Shown here piece after piece: positions 23,036-34,212 of a stretch of 64,000 nt of DNA. The DNA is from Ascoidea asiatica JCM 7603 (Eukaryota; Fungi; Ascomycota): contig BCKQ01000003.1 of the NCBI GenBank assembly GCA_001600695.1, positions 1,355,116-1,419,115 of the forward strand, in the 5' to 3' direction. A model generated the notes under the pieces. That model saw only the letters and a program-made list of their open reading frames with translations, was not told the DNA's origin and made no database searches. The translations under genes and the position numbers were made by a program. Positions within the stretch are counted from its first letter, which is position 1. Each line of letters starts with the position of its first letter.

Positions 23036-24283
23036 ATGGAGGGGTATATCTGCTCGCTTCTTTTTTTTATTTTTGTTTTGATTGTCAAATATTATCTTTT
23101 AGCAATAGATCAAAAAAAGGAAATTCAATTCAAGAAAATTAATTCAAAAGAAAATTTACTTTTGGGTTATTATTCAAAACTTTTATCAAATAATAAAGAA
23201 TTAGAAAATATTATTGTTTCAAAGGATTATGAAGTTGAAAATCTTGGAAAGCAATTGTCAGAAATCACTTCATCTCTTAATTCAACAAAAGTTAAATATA
23301 AAAATATTAATGATGATTATTTAAGTCTGCAAAAAATTTTAAATGAAGATTATATTAATAATAAAAATTCTCAAAATACATTTAATGATAAATTAGTTTC
23401 AAAAAAGCCCTTGGAAAATAAAATTGATAATTTAAAATATGAGATATCTGAATTTAATTATGAAATTGAAAATTTGAATAATTTAATTCAATTTTATTTA
23501 TATAATTTTAAGAAATCATATTTATTAAATGATGAAAATTCAAATTTGAATTCACTAGTAAATTATGTTGATTCAAAAGTCATTTCAATTCAAAATTTAA
23601 ATAATAATGAAATAATAATTAATTATGAATCTATTTTTAATTCAATTTTATCATTGAAAAAAATTTATGTTGATTCATTCAAAATTTATTATGATTTTAA
23701 TAATTATCATATAAGTTATAAAGCATCCATCAATTCTTCAATTTATTCCTCACTACTTTCTTTGATTCATAATTTCACTAGAAAAAAATATAAATCACAA
23801 CAAAATCTTATAACTTTACTTATTTTAATTAAAAAAAGTGAAGATTTTAGATATGAAAACTTTAAAAATATTGTAATTCAGCAAAAACAACAGGAATTAT
23901 ATTCATTAATCAATGATTTTCAATTAATGAAAATTGATCAAGAAAATCAAATCAAAAATCTTGAGAATAATTTAAAAAGACGAGAAAAAATCAAAAATAT
24001 AAAAAAATCTTCAATGAAAAAAATCTCAGCATTGGACACTAATAACAATGTTAATAATATTAATGTTAATGCTAATAATGAAATTGAGAAAAGTTTAAGC
24101 TTAAAAGTTAAAAAAGTTCGAATTTCCGAAGATGCTAATGAGATAAAAGAGATAGCAAATAATCTGGATTCTACAAAATTGCCATTACCGGGAAAAAAGT
24201 TTAAAGCTGCTGGAGGGTTTTTGGAATTTAATTATCCTCAAAACCCAAAAACTGTTGAACTTCTTAATAGATTGGCATCCTAA
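23036..24283 (+). CDS. Hypothetical protein with N-terminal TM helix and coiled coils
   Basis: 415-aa ORF from the first ATG at 23036. Hydrophobic YICSLLFFIFVLIVKYYLLAI and heptad-like K/E/N/L stretches. No family recognised. Confidence 0.7.
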   Translation: MEGYICSLLFFIFVLIVKYYLLAIDQKKEIQFKKINSKENLLLGYYSKLLSNNKELENIIVSKDYEVENLGKQLSEITSSLNSTKVKYKNINDDYLSLQKILNEDYINNKNSQNTFNDKLVSKKPLENKIDNLKYEISEFNYEIENLNNLIQFYLYNFKKSYLLNDENSNLNSLVNYVDSKVISIQNLNNNEIIINYESIFNSILSLKKIYVDSFKIYYDFNNYHISYKASINSSIYSSLLSLIHNFTRKKYKSQQNLITLLILIKKSEDFRYENFKNIVIQQKQQELYSLINDFQLMKIDQENQIKNLENNLKRREKIKNIKKSSMKKISALDTNNNVNNINVNANNEIEKSLSLKVKKVRISEDANEIKEIANNLDSTKLPLPGKKFKAAGGFLEFNYPQNPKTVELLNRLAS

Positions 24284-24494
24284 TCTCATATTAGAAGTTT
24301 CAGTTTTTTGGTCCTATAGTTATTTTTTTATACTTTTTTTTTTTCAAACTCGTAATTATATACATTTATATTTGGGAAATGATTTTTGGGACTATGAACA
24401 TATAATATAGAAATGAATATTAATTTTTTTAATTCTTTTTTTTTCTTGTTTATGAACAAACAAAAACAAAAAAAGTTACCAAAGTTAACTAAGA

Positions 24495-25640
24495 TTATGA
24501 TAAAATATCTTTGAAATTTACAGTTGGAGAACCCCTTTGTGGAGATTTTAGCAAATTAGCTTCATCTTTCCAACCTATCCAATGAATAACTCTGAAAGTT
24601 GCTGGAAGGCAAACCTCATTTTCAGAAGAAGGATCCATTTCATTAGGAACACCGTAAAATTTTTTATAAATTTGATCAGCTGCTATTAAAACATCTTTGG
24701 AAATATAATTTTCTTTACTAAATAAACAATTATTTTCGCCCATAATTTGTAAATCATTCAATAAATCAAATAAAGTAGGATAATTAATAACAATTTCATC
24801 TATATCAATTGTTAGCATTTTAAAACCAGCCTTATTTAACAAATTTCCTAAATCTTGAACAGTTACAAATGGTGATATATGTGGAGATAAACCATTCTTT
24901 CTTTCTAATTCAGCTAATTGAAGTGAAGATCTTAATTCTAATAAAGTATCAGTTCCAAACATTGATCCTATAAAAAGGGACTCTTTTGAAGAAAGTAAAG
25001 AATAAATCCTTCGTAAATGGTTTGGTAAATCGTTGATCCAATGCATTGATAAATTTGATAAAGCAAGATTGTAATGATTTTGTTTCAAATCATCAGAATT
25101 CAATGATTCTTCGTCACAAATCACTTTTTGAATTGACACATATTTAAAATTATTCATTATGTTATAATGATCTTTTTCATTTCGTGATAATAATTCTCCA
25201 CAAGAATCAATCATTGTTAAATTATTTATTTTTTCTCGAACGATTTTTTTTTCTTTATAATATTCCTTTTCCATATCTGTGATAATTTCGGATTCTTTAT
25301 CTAGAATTGATGTACTACTGTTATCATTTTTTATATCCTCGAATAAACTAGATACAAAATTTCCAGATCCAGACCCAATTTCAACAGCATTTTCAAAATT
25401 TCTATTAATGAAAGATAATCTTGATATTATTTTTCGAGCACATTCATTTTTAAGATATTGAACTGAATTAAAATCTTGTTGTTTTGCAGATCTGAACTTT
25501 TGTTTTAGTTTTAGTTCTCTGTTGAAAACCCTAAAGGTTGGGTTAGAAGAAACTGAGGAGTATTTGAATTTAGCAATTTCATAACCTGAATTTAAGGACT
25601 TAAATATGGCCTTTTTAGTAAAACCAATATTTGGAAACAT
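24495..25640 (-). CDS. NDUFAF5: NDUFAF5-like SAM-dependent methyltransferase-fold mitochondrial complex I assembly factor
   Basis: VFNRELK, EIGSGSG, SNLSMHWINDLP, GTDTLLELRSSLQLAELER..GLSPHISP, LLNKAGFKMLTIDIDEI, DLQIMGENN, LPATFRVIHWIGWK. The N-terminus resembles a mitochondrial presequence. Confidence 0.93.
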   Translation of the reverse strand: MFPNIGFTKKAIFKSLNSGYEIAKFKYSSVSSNPTFRVFNRELKLKQKFRSAKQQDFNSVQYLKNECARKIISRLSFINRNFENAVEIGSGSGNFVSSLFEDIKNDNSSTSILDKESEIITDMEKEYYKEKKIVREKINNLTMIDSCGELLSRNEKDHYNIMNNFKYVSIQKVICDEESLNSDDLKQNHYNLALSNLSMHWINDLPNHLRRIYSLLSSKESLFIGSMFGTDTLLELRSSLQLAELERKNGLSPHISPFVTVQDLGNLLNKAGFKMLTIDIDEIVINYPTLFDLLNDLQIMGENNCLFSKENYISKDVLIAADQIYKKFYGVPNEMDPSSENEVCLPATFRVIHWIGWKDEANLLKSPQRGSPTVNFKDILS

Positions 25641-28600
25641 GATCTATCTTCTAACCCTTTATAAAATTGTAGTCAAGTAATATTCTTTATTCAAATCCAA
25701 GATGTTATAATTGAAGCAGTTTTTTTTTTATTTTACTTATTTTTCACAATGAATGAATTTCAGTAAATAAGTTACCGACAACCAGAACTCTGGATCTATA
25801 TGCACGTGCTTCTCTATATCACTAGAAAATCTTTTAACTAGAGCCCTGACACGGTCTAGGCTTTGAGTTTTGTCCAAGTGGATTTATTTAAAATTCTGTC
25901 GAAATATGGTTTTCCAGGTACAACTAGCTAAGCGCGCGTTCAACGGTTTTCTTCAGGCACAAAAACGGTTATGCTATTCTATGTAATTTTTGTAGGCCAA
26001 GGATTGCATAACTTCCAAACATTCAAAGTTAAACTGCCTATGATGTAAGTTTATAAAATATAGTGTAATTCAAAGCAAATAAGTGTAAATACCTGTACAT
26101 CCGCGTCTTAATATTAAAACTTTATTTGCTTACAACTTGATTAAGCCTTTCTGTTCAACGGTTTTGGTAAAGTATTGGAGTGTCCTATTTTGAGCAAAAG
26201 CCTCAAGCTTAATAGTTCGGCCAATATGGAACAGCAATATGCTCTAAAAATACTAGTAATTAACCTTACTACAAAATACAATATTTCATCAATATTTTTC
26301 AATTTTCACATATTCTTTAGACGTTCTTTTTATACAGTTATTGCTTCTCATTTCTTTCTTTCTGGAACACCGCCATTCATACATAATAAATTTATCAAAA
26401 CGTTGTAGAAAAGAGTAAACTTGTAAAATGGTCTCAGTCAAATTGATTATGTACTATTAACCACATTCTTTTATAATGAGATTTATTTATCGCATATAGT
26501 TTCCTAATTAGTGTCTTTAATTGGTGATTATAAACCTTTCTATAAACATCAAAAAATTCAGCACAGAATACGTGTTAATTGCACATTCTCTTCAATTGCA
26601 TTAAACTTTCTCAATCCTTGGGAATGTACATTAGGCTTCTAACATAATAATTTTAAAGGTCAAAGATCATCGTCAGCTTTTAGATAAGATAATCATAATA
26701 AGAAACAGTAGTTGAAGTTTAACGGTGCATGACTTTCATTAACAGAAAAAAAATATTACTACAAATAGTGCTATTGTAGTTATCGAAAAGGATAAAGAAA
26801 AATTTTTACCTAAATTAGAATGCAAATCTTTCCTCTAATACAAAATTTAACTATATTTGAAAAATTCTCGACAATTTAATGGATTTTGACTTTTTAATAT
26901 AGGCCTAATAATTATTTTTTAAAATTCCGGACAAATTTTTAACCATATTTATTCCGAATCATATTCACAGTTTTGGCTAAATTTAATTCTCATGTTTATT
27001 TTTAACATTCGTTTTTAAGCTTATTTTCTAAAATGTCAATTAATAACTAAAAGATTGTCTCCTTTAAAATTTTACTACTACTATTATTAATATTGGCCAA
27101 CAAGAATTACCTGTAGTACCTTATACACAACTGCACTTTCAAAAAAGTTCCGAAGGAAAAAGCATAAACTTTCAGCTAATTACTTGCCAGTTTTTAACTA
27201 GATCGAGAATTAATAAAATAAATAAACTGTCCTTCTTTATCGAGTCACCTCAATTGAAACAAAATTTTGAGATTATTATATCTTCTGAACTAATCATAAC
27301 TTCATATTTTGAAAAAGTTTTTCAATAAACAATTTTATGTTTTTAACTTGGACTAACTAGTAGTAAAGATCAGCAATTTCTAAAAGAATATTTAAAAAGA
27401 AAAAAATTGATTTATTTCTGTTAAAATTCAAATGTTTAATTTTAGCACTCGTCGGTTCGTTTTCAAAAATCCTTTTTATAATTCTAAATATAATTATTTT
27501 GTAGCATTTAAACCACTTTCATGTTTATTTATAAGAAGTTATTTTCTTCATAAAAAATACTTCGAACCCAATATACTATAAAAGATTGATTTAAAATTGA
27601 AATAACACACATTCCTTCCATTTTCATTATAGTACTCTAATAAATCATTGAGCCTTTTCCTTATGTCAATGGAATACATTATTCAACTCTAAACTAAGAT
27701 TGAACTACTTTGATGCTATTGAAATGAGTTCTATATAATTATCAAAAATTTAAACAAATATTTTTCAACCGATGATTAGAGAAATTGAGACTTTTTTGAA
27801 GACTCTAGAAGCAGGAACTAGAGTATTTTTGTACCAAAACGGCACTTGAATATTTTTTTTTTATACCTCGATAATACTTGTCAGGAAATTTTAAGAGTAC
27901 ACAATTTATTTAATTATTCAGTCAATGTAAATGGAAAATAAAAATCTGAAATTTTTTTGTATGACTATTTTCAAATTTAAAATATATTTTGAATTAATCG
28001 ACTTTCTATATGAGAATTTTTACAAAATGTAGACTGAATTTCAAGCCATAAACAACTTACTTTATCAAAACTAATAAATGAAAGCAAGTTAACCTACAAA
28101 TTATTGTAATTTGAGATTTACTCCATGGAGCATCTGCCTTTAACCTATCGTACCGTACAACTCATTTATATTTCTAGTATTCTTTATATTTATGATATCT
28201 AATTAATCTGGATAACTAATTATTTTTTGGATTATTCTTAGATTGCAATATTCAATTCATTCCTGCTCTCCAAATATCATTATAGCGTTATTCCTTTAGA
28301 CACCTTCAAAATAGCAATATTTTACTGTGAATTCTAAATATGTGCATTTCTGCACGACCAGTAAAGTAGTTCTGGAGGATGTTGTTCTGTGCAGGTGCTT
28401 CTAAAAATACTTCTAAAAATATCTGGCTCTAGCTTTTGCAAATTTAATCGACAGACTTTCTATAACTTTATTGATCTCAATATTGGGCATACTCTGATCT
28501 GATTTCCTTATATAAGGTGAGAGATATTTCGCTTCTTTTTTTGACTTGATTGCAGTTGAATTTTATTTCTTAAACAAAAATCTTTTACTTACAATATCTG

Positions 28601-28865
28601 GAAAACTTTATAAATATTTTAAATTGGCTACACCAAAACATTGTTAAATTTTAAATACTTCTAATCCATTTCAATATTCTTTCCTTAAATTTTCATTTTA
28701 TGCTACTTTTTTGATTATTTTTATTAAAAATACTCTATTCTTTCCTTTATTTATCTTCGACTAATACTCTCAAACAATTCTCTCCTTTCTCAAAGCTTTT
28801 TATAATTAACAATTATTCCTTTCACTATATCATTATTACTTTAAAAGGTGCTATATATTTGCAAA

Positions 28866-30314
28866 ATGTCTGTCAAGCCAAAGTTTTCCTATGAACTAAG
28901 TCTAAATCAACCAGAAATTGGTGCCAAATCCTATAAAGAAAAAGGAAAGGTTTCAAAAAGAAAATTTCATCCAATTGTCAAGTTAAAAGCATATAATCAT
29001 TTAAATGAAAATATAACTGATAGTTTGAATCATAGATATATAGTTCTTGCCAAGCTTAAAAATGCTGCGAATCCTACTTCATCTGCTTATATTTATTCTG
29101 AAGAAGATCTAGAAACTTTTTTAAAAGGTAATAAAAGTTGCACAGGTTCATATGATGAGTTTGAAAATGAAATTGTTTTTGCTTTTCCAGATTTACATAT
29201 AATAACAGTCGGTTTATTTGATGTTAATTATCAGCTATACAAAATGTCAGAAAATGAATCTTCTGTATCAACTATTGAATATATTGATAATATATCAAAA
29301 ACAATTAAATTCGTTACAACCAGAGAGTTATATGCAACTGATGCTAATAATTCTATAAAAACAACAAATAATACAATCAAAAAAAGGAAAAGAACTTCTG
29401 CTTCTAATACCCAGATATTTCCTAAGAATAGTTCTCCAAAAAATCAAAAACTTCCTCAGGTTACGCTTCAAAACACTTCAAATTTCCCTTCAAAAAGTAC
29501 ATCCCAAACTCTTAATAATCCTCCAAATTTCTATAACTCAAGTTTAAAGCCAAACAGTTCACCAGGACATGCAAATGATTCAAGCAATAATGAAATGGTG
29601 AGTTATAATTCTAATATATTATACCAGCCTCCTTTCCAAAATGCATTTATGACTAACGATCCAACCTATTTAAATCAAAATCAATCATTGAATTATCCTT
29701 CTTCCTTATCAAGATGGAATAGCCTAAGCAGTGCAAATAGCATTGGACCTACAGTAATGGATTTTCAACAAAACAATATAAACATTAGTGCAAATACTAC
29801 TCCTTCTGCCATAAATCAAATTTATTTTCAATCTATGACTCCTAAGCCACAAGCCTATTCTCCAACTGCCAATGAATTTGAACTAGCTCAATTAAGCAAT
29901 ATAAATAATATCAATGCTATAAATAACATCAACAATTTGAATACCATCAGCAATCTCAACACAATAAATAATCTAAATAACGTCAATAGCATTACTAATA
30001 TTACCAATATGAATAATATAAATAATATAAACAGTATGAGCAATATGAGTAATATGAATAATATAAGCAATTTCAATAATATGAACACTAATGCAACAAA
30101 TATCGCATCATTCAATGCACAAAATATGAGGGCAAATTACTTAGATTCTAACTCTACACATGATTCAATAAGTTATGGACAACCAACAGCATCTTCATCA
30201 TCACGACAATACAGCTTCAGTGATTCCTTAACAAGCAGTATAAAATCTGAATCAGTTACAACCATGCGAAGTCAAGAAAGTTTGAAAGATCAATTCAATT
30301 TTGTTCCAAAATAA
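28866..30314 (+). CDS. Divergent velvet-domain-like putative transcription factor, paralogue 1
   Basis: First ATG at 28866. The N-terminal ~155 aa read YELSLNQP..GAKSYK..RKFHPIVKL...LKGNKS...FAFPDLHIITVGLFDVNYQLY...ISKTIKFVTTR, then KKRKR (NLS-like) and an S/N/Q-rich tail. The CDS is secure; the velvet assignment is by motif resemblance only. Confidence 0.65.
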   Translation: MSVKPKFSYELSLNQPEIGAKSYKEKGKVSKRKFHPIVKLKAYNHLNENITDSLNHRYIVLAKLKNAANPTSSAYIYSEEDLETFLKGNKSCTGSYDEFENEIVFAFPDLHIITVGLFDVNYQLYKMSENESSVSTIEYIDNISKTIKFVTTRELYATDANNSIKTTNNTIKKRKRTSASNTQIFPKNSSPKNQKLPQVTLQNTSNFPSKSTSQTLNNPPNFYNSSLKPNSSPGHANDSSNNEMVSYNSNILYQPPFQNAFMTNDPTYLNQNQSLNYPSSLSRWNSLSSANSIGPTVMDFQQNNINISANTTPSAINQIYFQSMTPKPQAYSPTANEFELAQLSNINNINAINNINNLNTISNLNTINNLNNVNSITNITNMNNINNINSMSNMSNMNNISNFNNMNTNATNIASFNAQNMRANYLDSNSTHDSISYGQPTASSSSRQYSFSDSLTSSIKSESVTTMRSQESLKDQFNFVPK

Positions 30315-31028
30315 GCTACAAATTATAATTTAAAAGATTTCTCAGTTTCAATAACAACATCAATATTATCTTGTCCTACATTTTTATTATTTTGCTTTTT
30401 ATTTTCTTCCATAATTTTTTTTACATATTTTCTCTTCAATTTGTTTCGGTTGTTTAAGTTGATTGGGATAGTTTACATTTTCTGTTTCATTTTTTGATAG
30501 ACGGTTATTCTTATACTAAAAGAAATGCTCATAAATTTGATTTCTGCATTATTTAATCCTAAGTTTTTTAACTGTTATCTTTTTTTTTTTCTGTTGTATT
30601 ATGATTTATCATTCAATCTATTCTCTTTTTAAAGTTTCTTTCAATTAAATGTTTCATCTCCACTTTTTTAATTATTTTTATCTTGTTTTCTTTGCTGTGC
30701 TTTTTCTTTCTTTCTATCTTTATTTTTATTTTTAAGATCCATGAAATATGACTTACAAATTTTTGATAATATTACTCTATAAATAGAACATCTAATCTTT
30801 CTAAAAAATTTGTCTTGACTACCAAAAGTAGCTTTTTGTTGAAACTAAAATAATTTGGGAATATTTTAAAACTTTCTTTTGGTTTCATCAGCAGTAAAAG
30901 AGAATTGAAATTGCTTTTATTTCAGAAGATTTCGAGCTATGTTTAATAATTGATAACTGAAACCCAACATTTCCCGGTTGCTCACAGATTTTTTTGAAAT
31001 CTAGATCCAGCTTCCAGGTTTAACCGGG

Positions 31029-31225
31029 TCACATGATCCAGTACACGAAAAACATGATAACGCAAAACATGGCTGCGCAAAAAAGGCCCCTGTAAAAAGT
31101 CTCCTTCAAAACGGAACGCACAAAACATGAGGCGGACAATTGAGACAATAAGATGCAGCACAACGTACCATAAAAACCGTTTTTCCAGCATAGGCACTAA
31201 AATTCTAGTTGGCGCACAAAGATGT
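31029..31225. promoter_or_regulatory. GC-rich island with repeated C[AG]CAAAA(CATG) motifs upstream of velvet-like paralogue 2
   Basis: cacgaaaaacatga (31044), cgcaaaacatgg (31061), cgcaaaa (31076), cacaaaacatga (31119), cacaaagatg (31215). Confidence 0.45.
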
Positions 31226-34212
31226 CTGTACAAAAAAGGCAATCTCTTTTCTGAATCCATCAAGAAAAGCAAATCCACAATTTTTTGAGTTACGTTGTTC
31301 AATGGAGTTGGAATCCCCCTTTTAAAAATTGTAGATTCTTTTATTTCTTTTCATTGGGGTTTCAATATTTCAAGATATCGCAAACCTCTTTGAACATTCA
31401 AGTAATTACAATAATCCTGCCTTTTCTTTAATAAATTCATTTTGAAGCAAACTCAATTGTCTTTTCTTCTTCTTATTATAATGAAGTTTCTACTTAGATT
31501 CGAAAGTTTTGAATTCTTATAATAACCTGTTATTAATTATCAAAATGAAAACCTTTTGGTAGTGGCCGATGCATAGTCTTTATTATCATTCATTTTTCTT
31601 TTTTTTTGGTAATTAAAAATTAGATTCAGATTTCAAAATTTTAAATGAGTTATTTCTTATATAGATTTAATATAATTTGTTAGGTTTGTACTTATTGGTA
31701 ATACTTTTGACGTTTTTTATAATTTTATCAACTCCTCTTAAAGATTTATTAGATCAAAGCTTTCAAATTTTCTTTTCATTTTCAAAATAAAATACTATAA
31801 ATACGATCTTGGTATATTCAAAGCATTATATTATTTGTTTCACTCAAAGAGTGTAAAGTTATTCATTTCTATGGCAGGCAAAGATTTAAGTAAAGATATC
31901 AGTCCGTAGAATTTCCGCCAATACATGACATTAAAAAGAATTCACGGATTTAATCAAATTTGGATGCCGTGGGGTCTGTCCTTTACTTTACTCAATTATA
32001 TTATATGAAACAATTCATCAATTTTATATCAAACTTGACAGCAAAATTATTTGCTAAACTAGATACACAATTCATAAAATTAATTCAAGAGGTGCGATTT
32101 TCATAACTTCTAGTAGTAAAATAAATAAAGATCATAAAGCTCATGGAGCGTCAGACATTAAAGAATAAATTTCTAACATCATTAGGTGGAAAAAAAATTA
32201 TATTTAGTTTCATTTTAAATTTCAAAAAGAGATCTGAATTTCAAGAGTCTCAATGAGCATGTTTTGAATTTGAGAAATTTATTTTTAAATCAAAATATAT
32301 CAAATGCTTTTAATTTTTTTATAGATGTAAAACAAAAAAATAAAAAAAACCTAGCTTTTCTAAATTTTGAATCAAATTTTTTTGTTTCCCCAATGTTTAT
32401 TGTGAAGACAGTTGAACACTTTTATTAGAAAATCTCCGAGAATAGAATTATAGCCCATTTTTATTTTTAGTGACTACAATAGCGTTAAGGAGAGTTATCC
32501 TAAATATATAATAGTTGAAGCATATTATACTGAATACAGTTCGAGTACTTATTATGTAAATTATGCTATAAACAATAAACAAAATGGTTAATCAGTTAAA
32601 TTAATCAACTTATTTTTATCTTTCAATTTAACGTTCTTATATACTGAACACAAATTTCTCCCTTTTTTTTCAAGGGCCTAATATATATTTTATATTTTAA
32701 AATTTAGACTTTTCCTATACAAATATATATATATATATATATTGAACGGACGCCTCCATCACAGATGCATTTTTTGATTTTCTGACAAATAAACGCCGGA
32801 AAAACAAATAATCCGTTAATAGAGTTAAAATAATATTATATAACTGATGACTTTATTTTGTTTATTTCTAGAAGGATTAAAAATAAGTTAATAGAATTAG
32901 TGAATCCATTGGTTGATAGCTTTTGAAAAATTTTGAGGACTTTAATCTGTTGTTACAATACATACCATAAAAAAACTTTTAAATTTAGCCAACTAGTACT
33001 CCTTTAAAAGAAAGGCCCTAGAGACTCGGCTCACTTTAGTCTATTCTGGCTGTAAAACTATCTGATCATCTCTGAAACTAAAATAGTATAATATAAAACT
33101 AAAAAGAATATACATATAAGTTTTTTCTTCACTAGAAAACATTAAAAACAAAGGAAATAGATTTTCTTTCAAGGTACTTTCATAATTGTCTATGTAAATT
33201 TTAAAACGCAATTGAAATTAGTGATATAGTATAGATGAAGATATAAATTATTGAACTACATTATCTTGGAGACTAGTAATTATTTTTGAATATATTCTTA
33301 TAAAATTGTAATAACTAATTCTATTTCAGGAATCTTCAATACTTTGATGGCTAGCATTGTGAATTAAATCATTCTGGAAGACATTCTTCTATTTAAAAAT
33401 CTCAAACACACTTCTTGAGTCAGAGTATCCATATTCAATGAGTATCCAATATCAATTTGGCAATAAAAATTTGCGGCGGACCAAAAGATTTTTGGCTAAC
33501 AAGGTTAAACTTGCAACGTCCGTGCATATACTCAAAGAAAGAAGCAGCACCCCAAGTTTACATACCGCTTTCGATAATATGGCCGTTTAAAAACCTTCTA
33601 GAAGCAAATCACTTTTTTGAAAATTTGGAATCTGTTGATTTTCCTTATTCCGATATTGTAGAAAAAAAAGAAAAGAATAACGCACTATCCTTGCAAGAAG
33701 CATTAATTGGCTTCCAAAACGGTTATTTTGGTACTAACGTTCTTGAAAGATTTTCAACTTCATTAAATATTTTAACTATTAGTCTCTATTTAACCCGTAC
33801 TATGCAATGAACTTATTCCGATATTTAAAGTACTTCCACAAATTGGTATATTTTAGATATGAAAATTTAGAAGCTTTTTGTAAATCTGCATTAATTTATC
33901 CAAAAAATATTAGATTAGTTTTATTTTAACTACAATTGATGAAAATTTTTTCAATGGCTATGTTCTTTACATATGTTCAACTAAATTCCTAGGAATAGTA
34001 TAAAGCTAACCTTTTCTCTTTTCTTTTTTGTTTATTTCTGAAATATTTATTATACATCAACCTAAATTTTAAATAACTGTCATTATTTTTTATAAATTTT
34101 GTATATTGATTTATAATCATCATTCCTTTTGTCATTCATTAACATATTTCTCTCTATTAAAAAAGTGTTTTCCTTAAAAACCACATTTTAAAAATTCTAT
34201 CCTCTTTTTTCA

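Noticed and set aside
25993-26003. taggccaagga resembling a reported VosA-binding motif
   Set aside because: A single partial match about 2.9 kb from the gene, expected by chance.
33457-33810. 117-aa ORF upstream of velvet-like paralogue 2
   Set aside because: It starts at TTG with no usable ATG, I found no splice signals linking it to a gene, and no homology was recognised.
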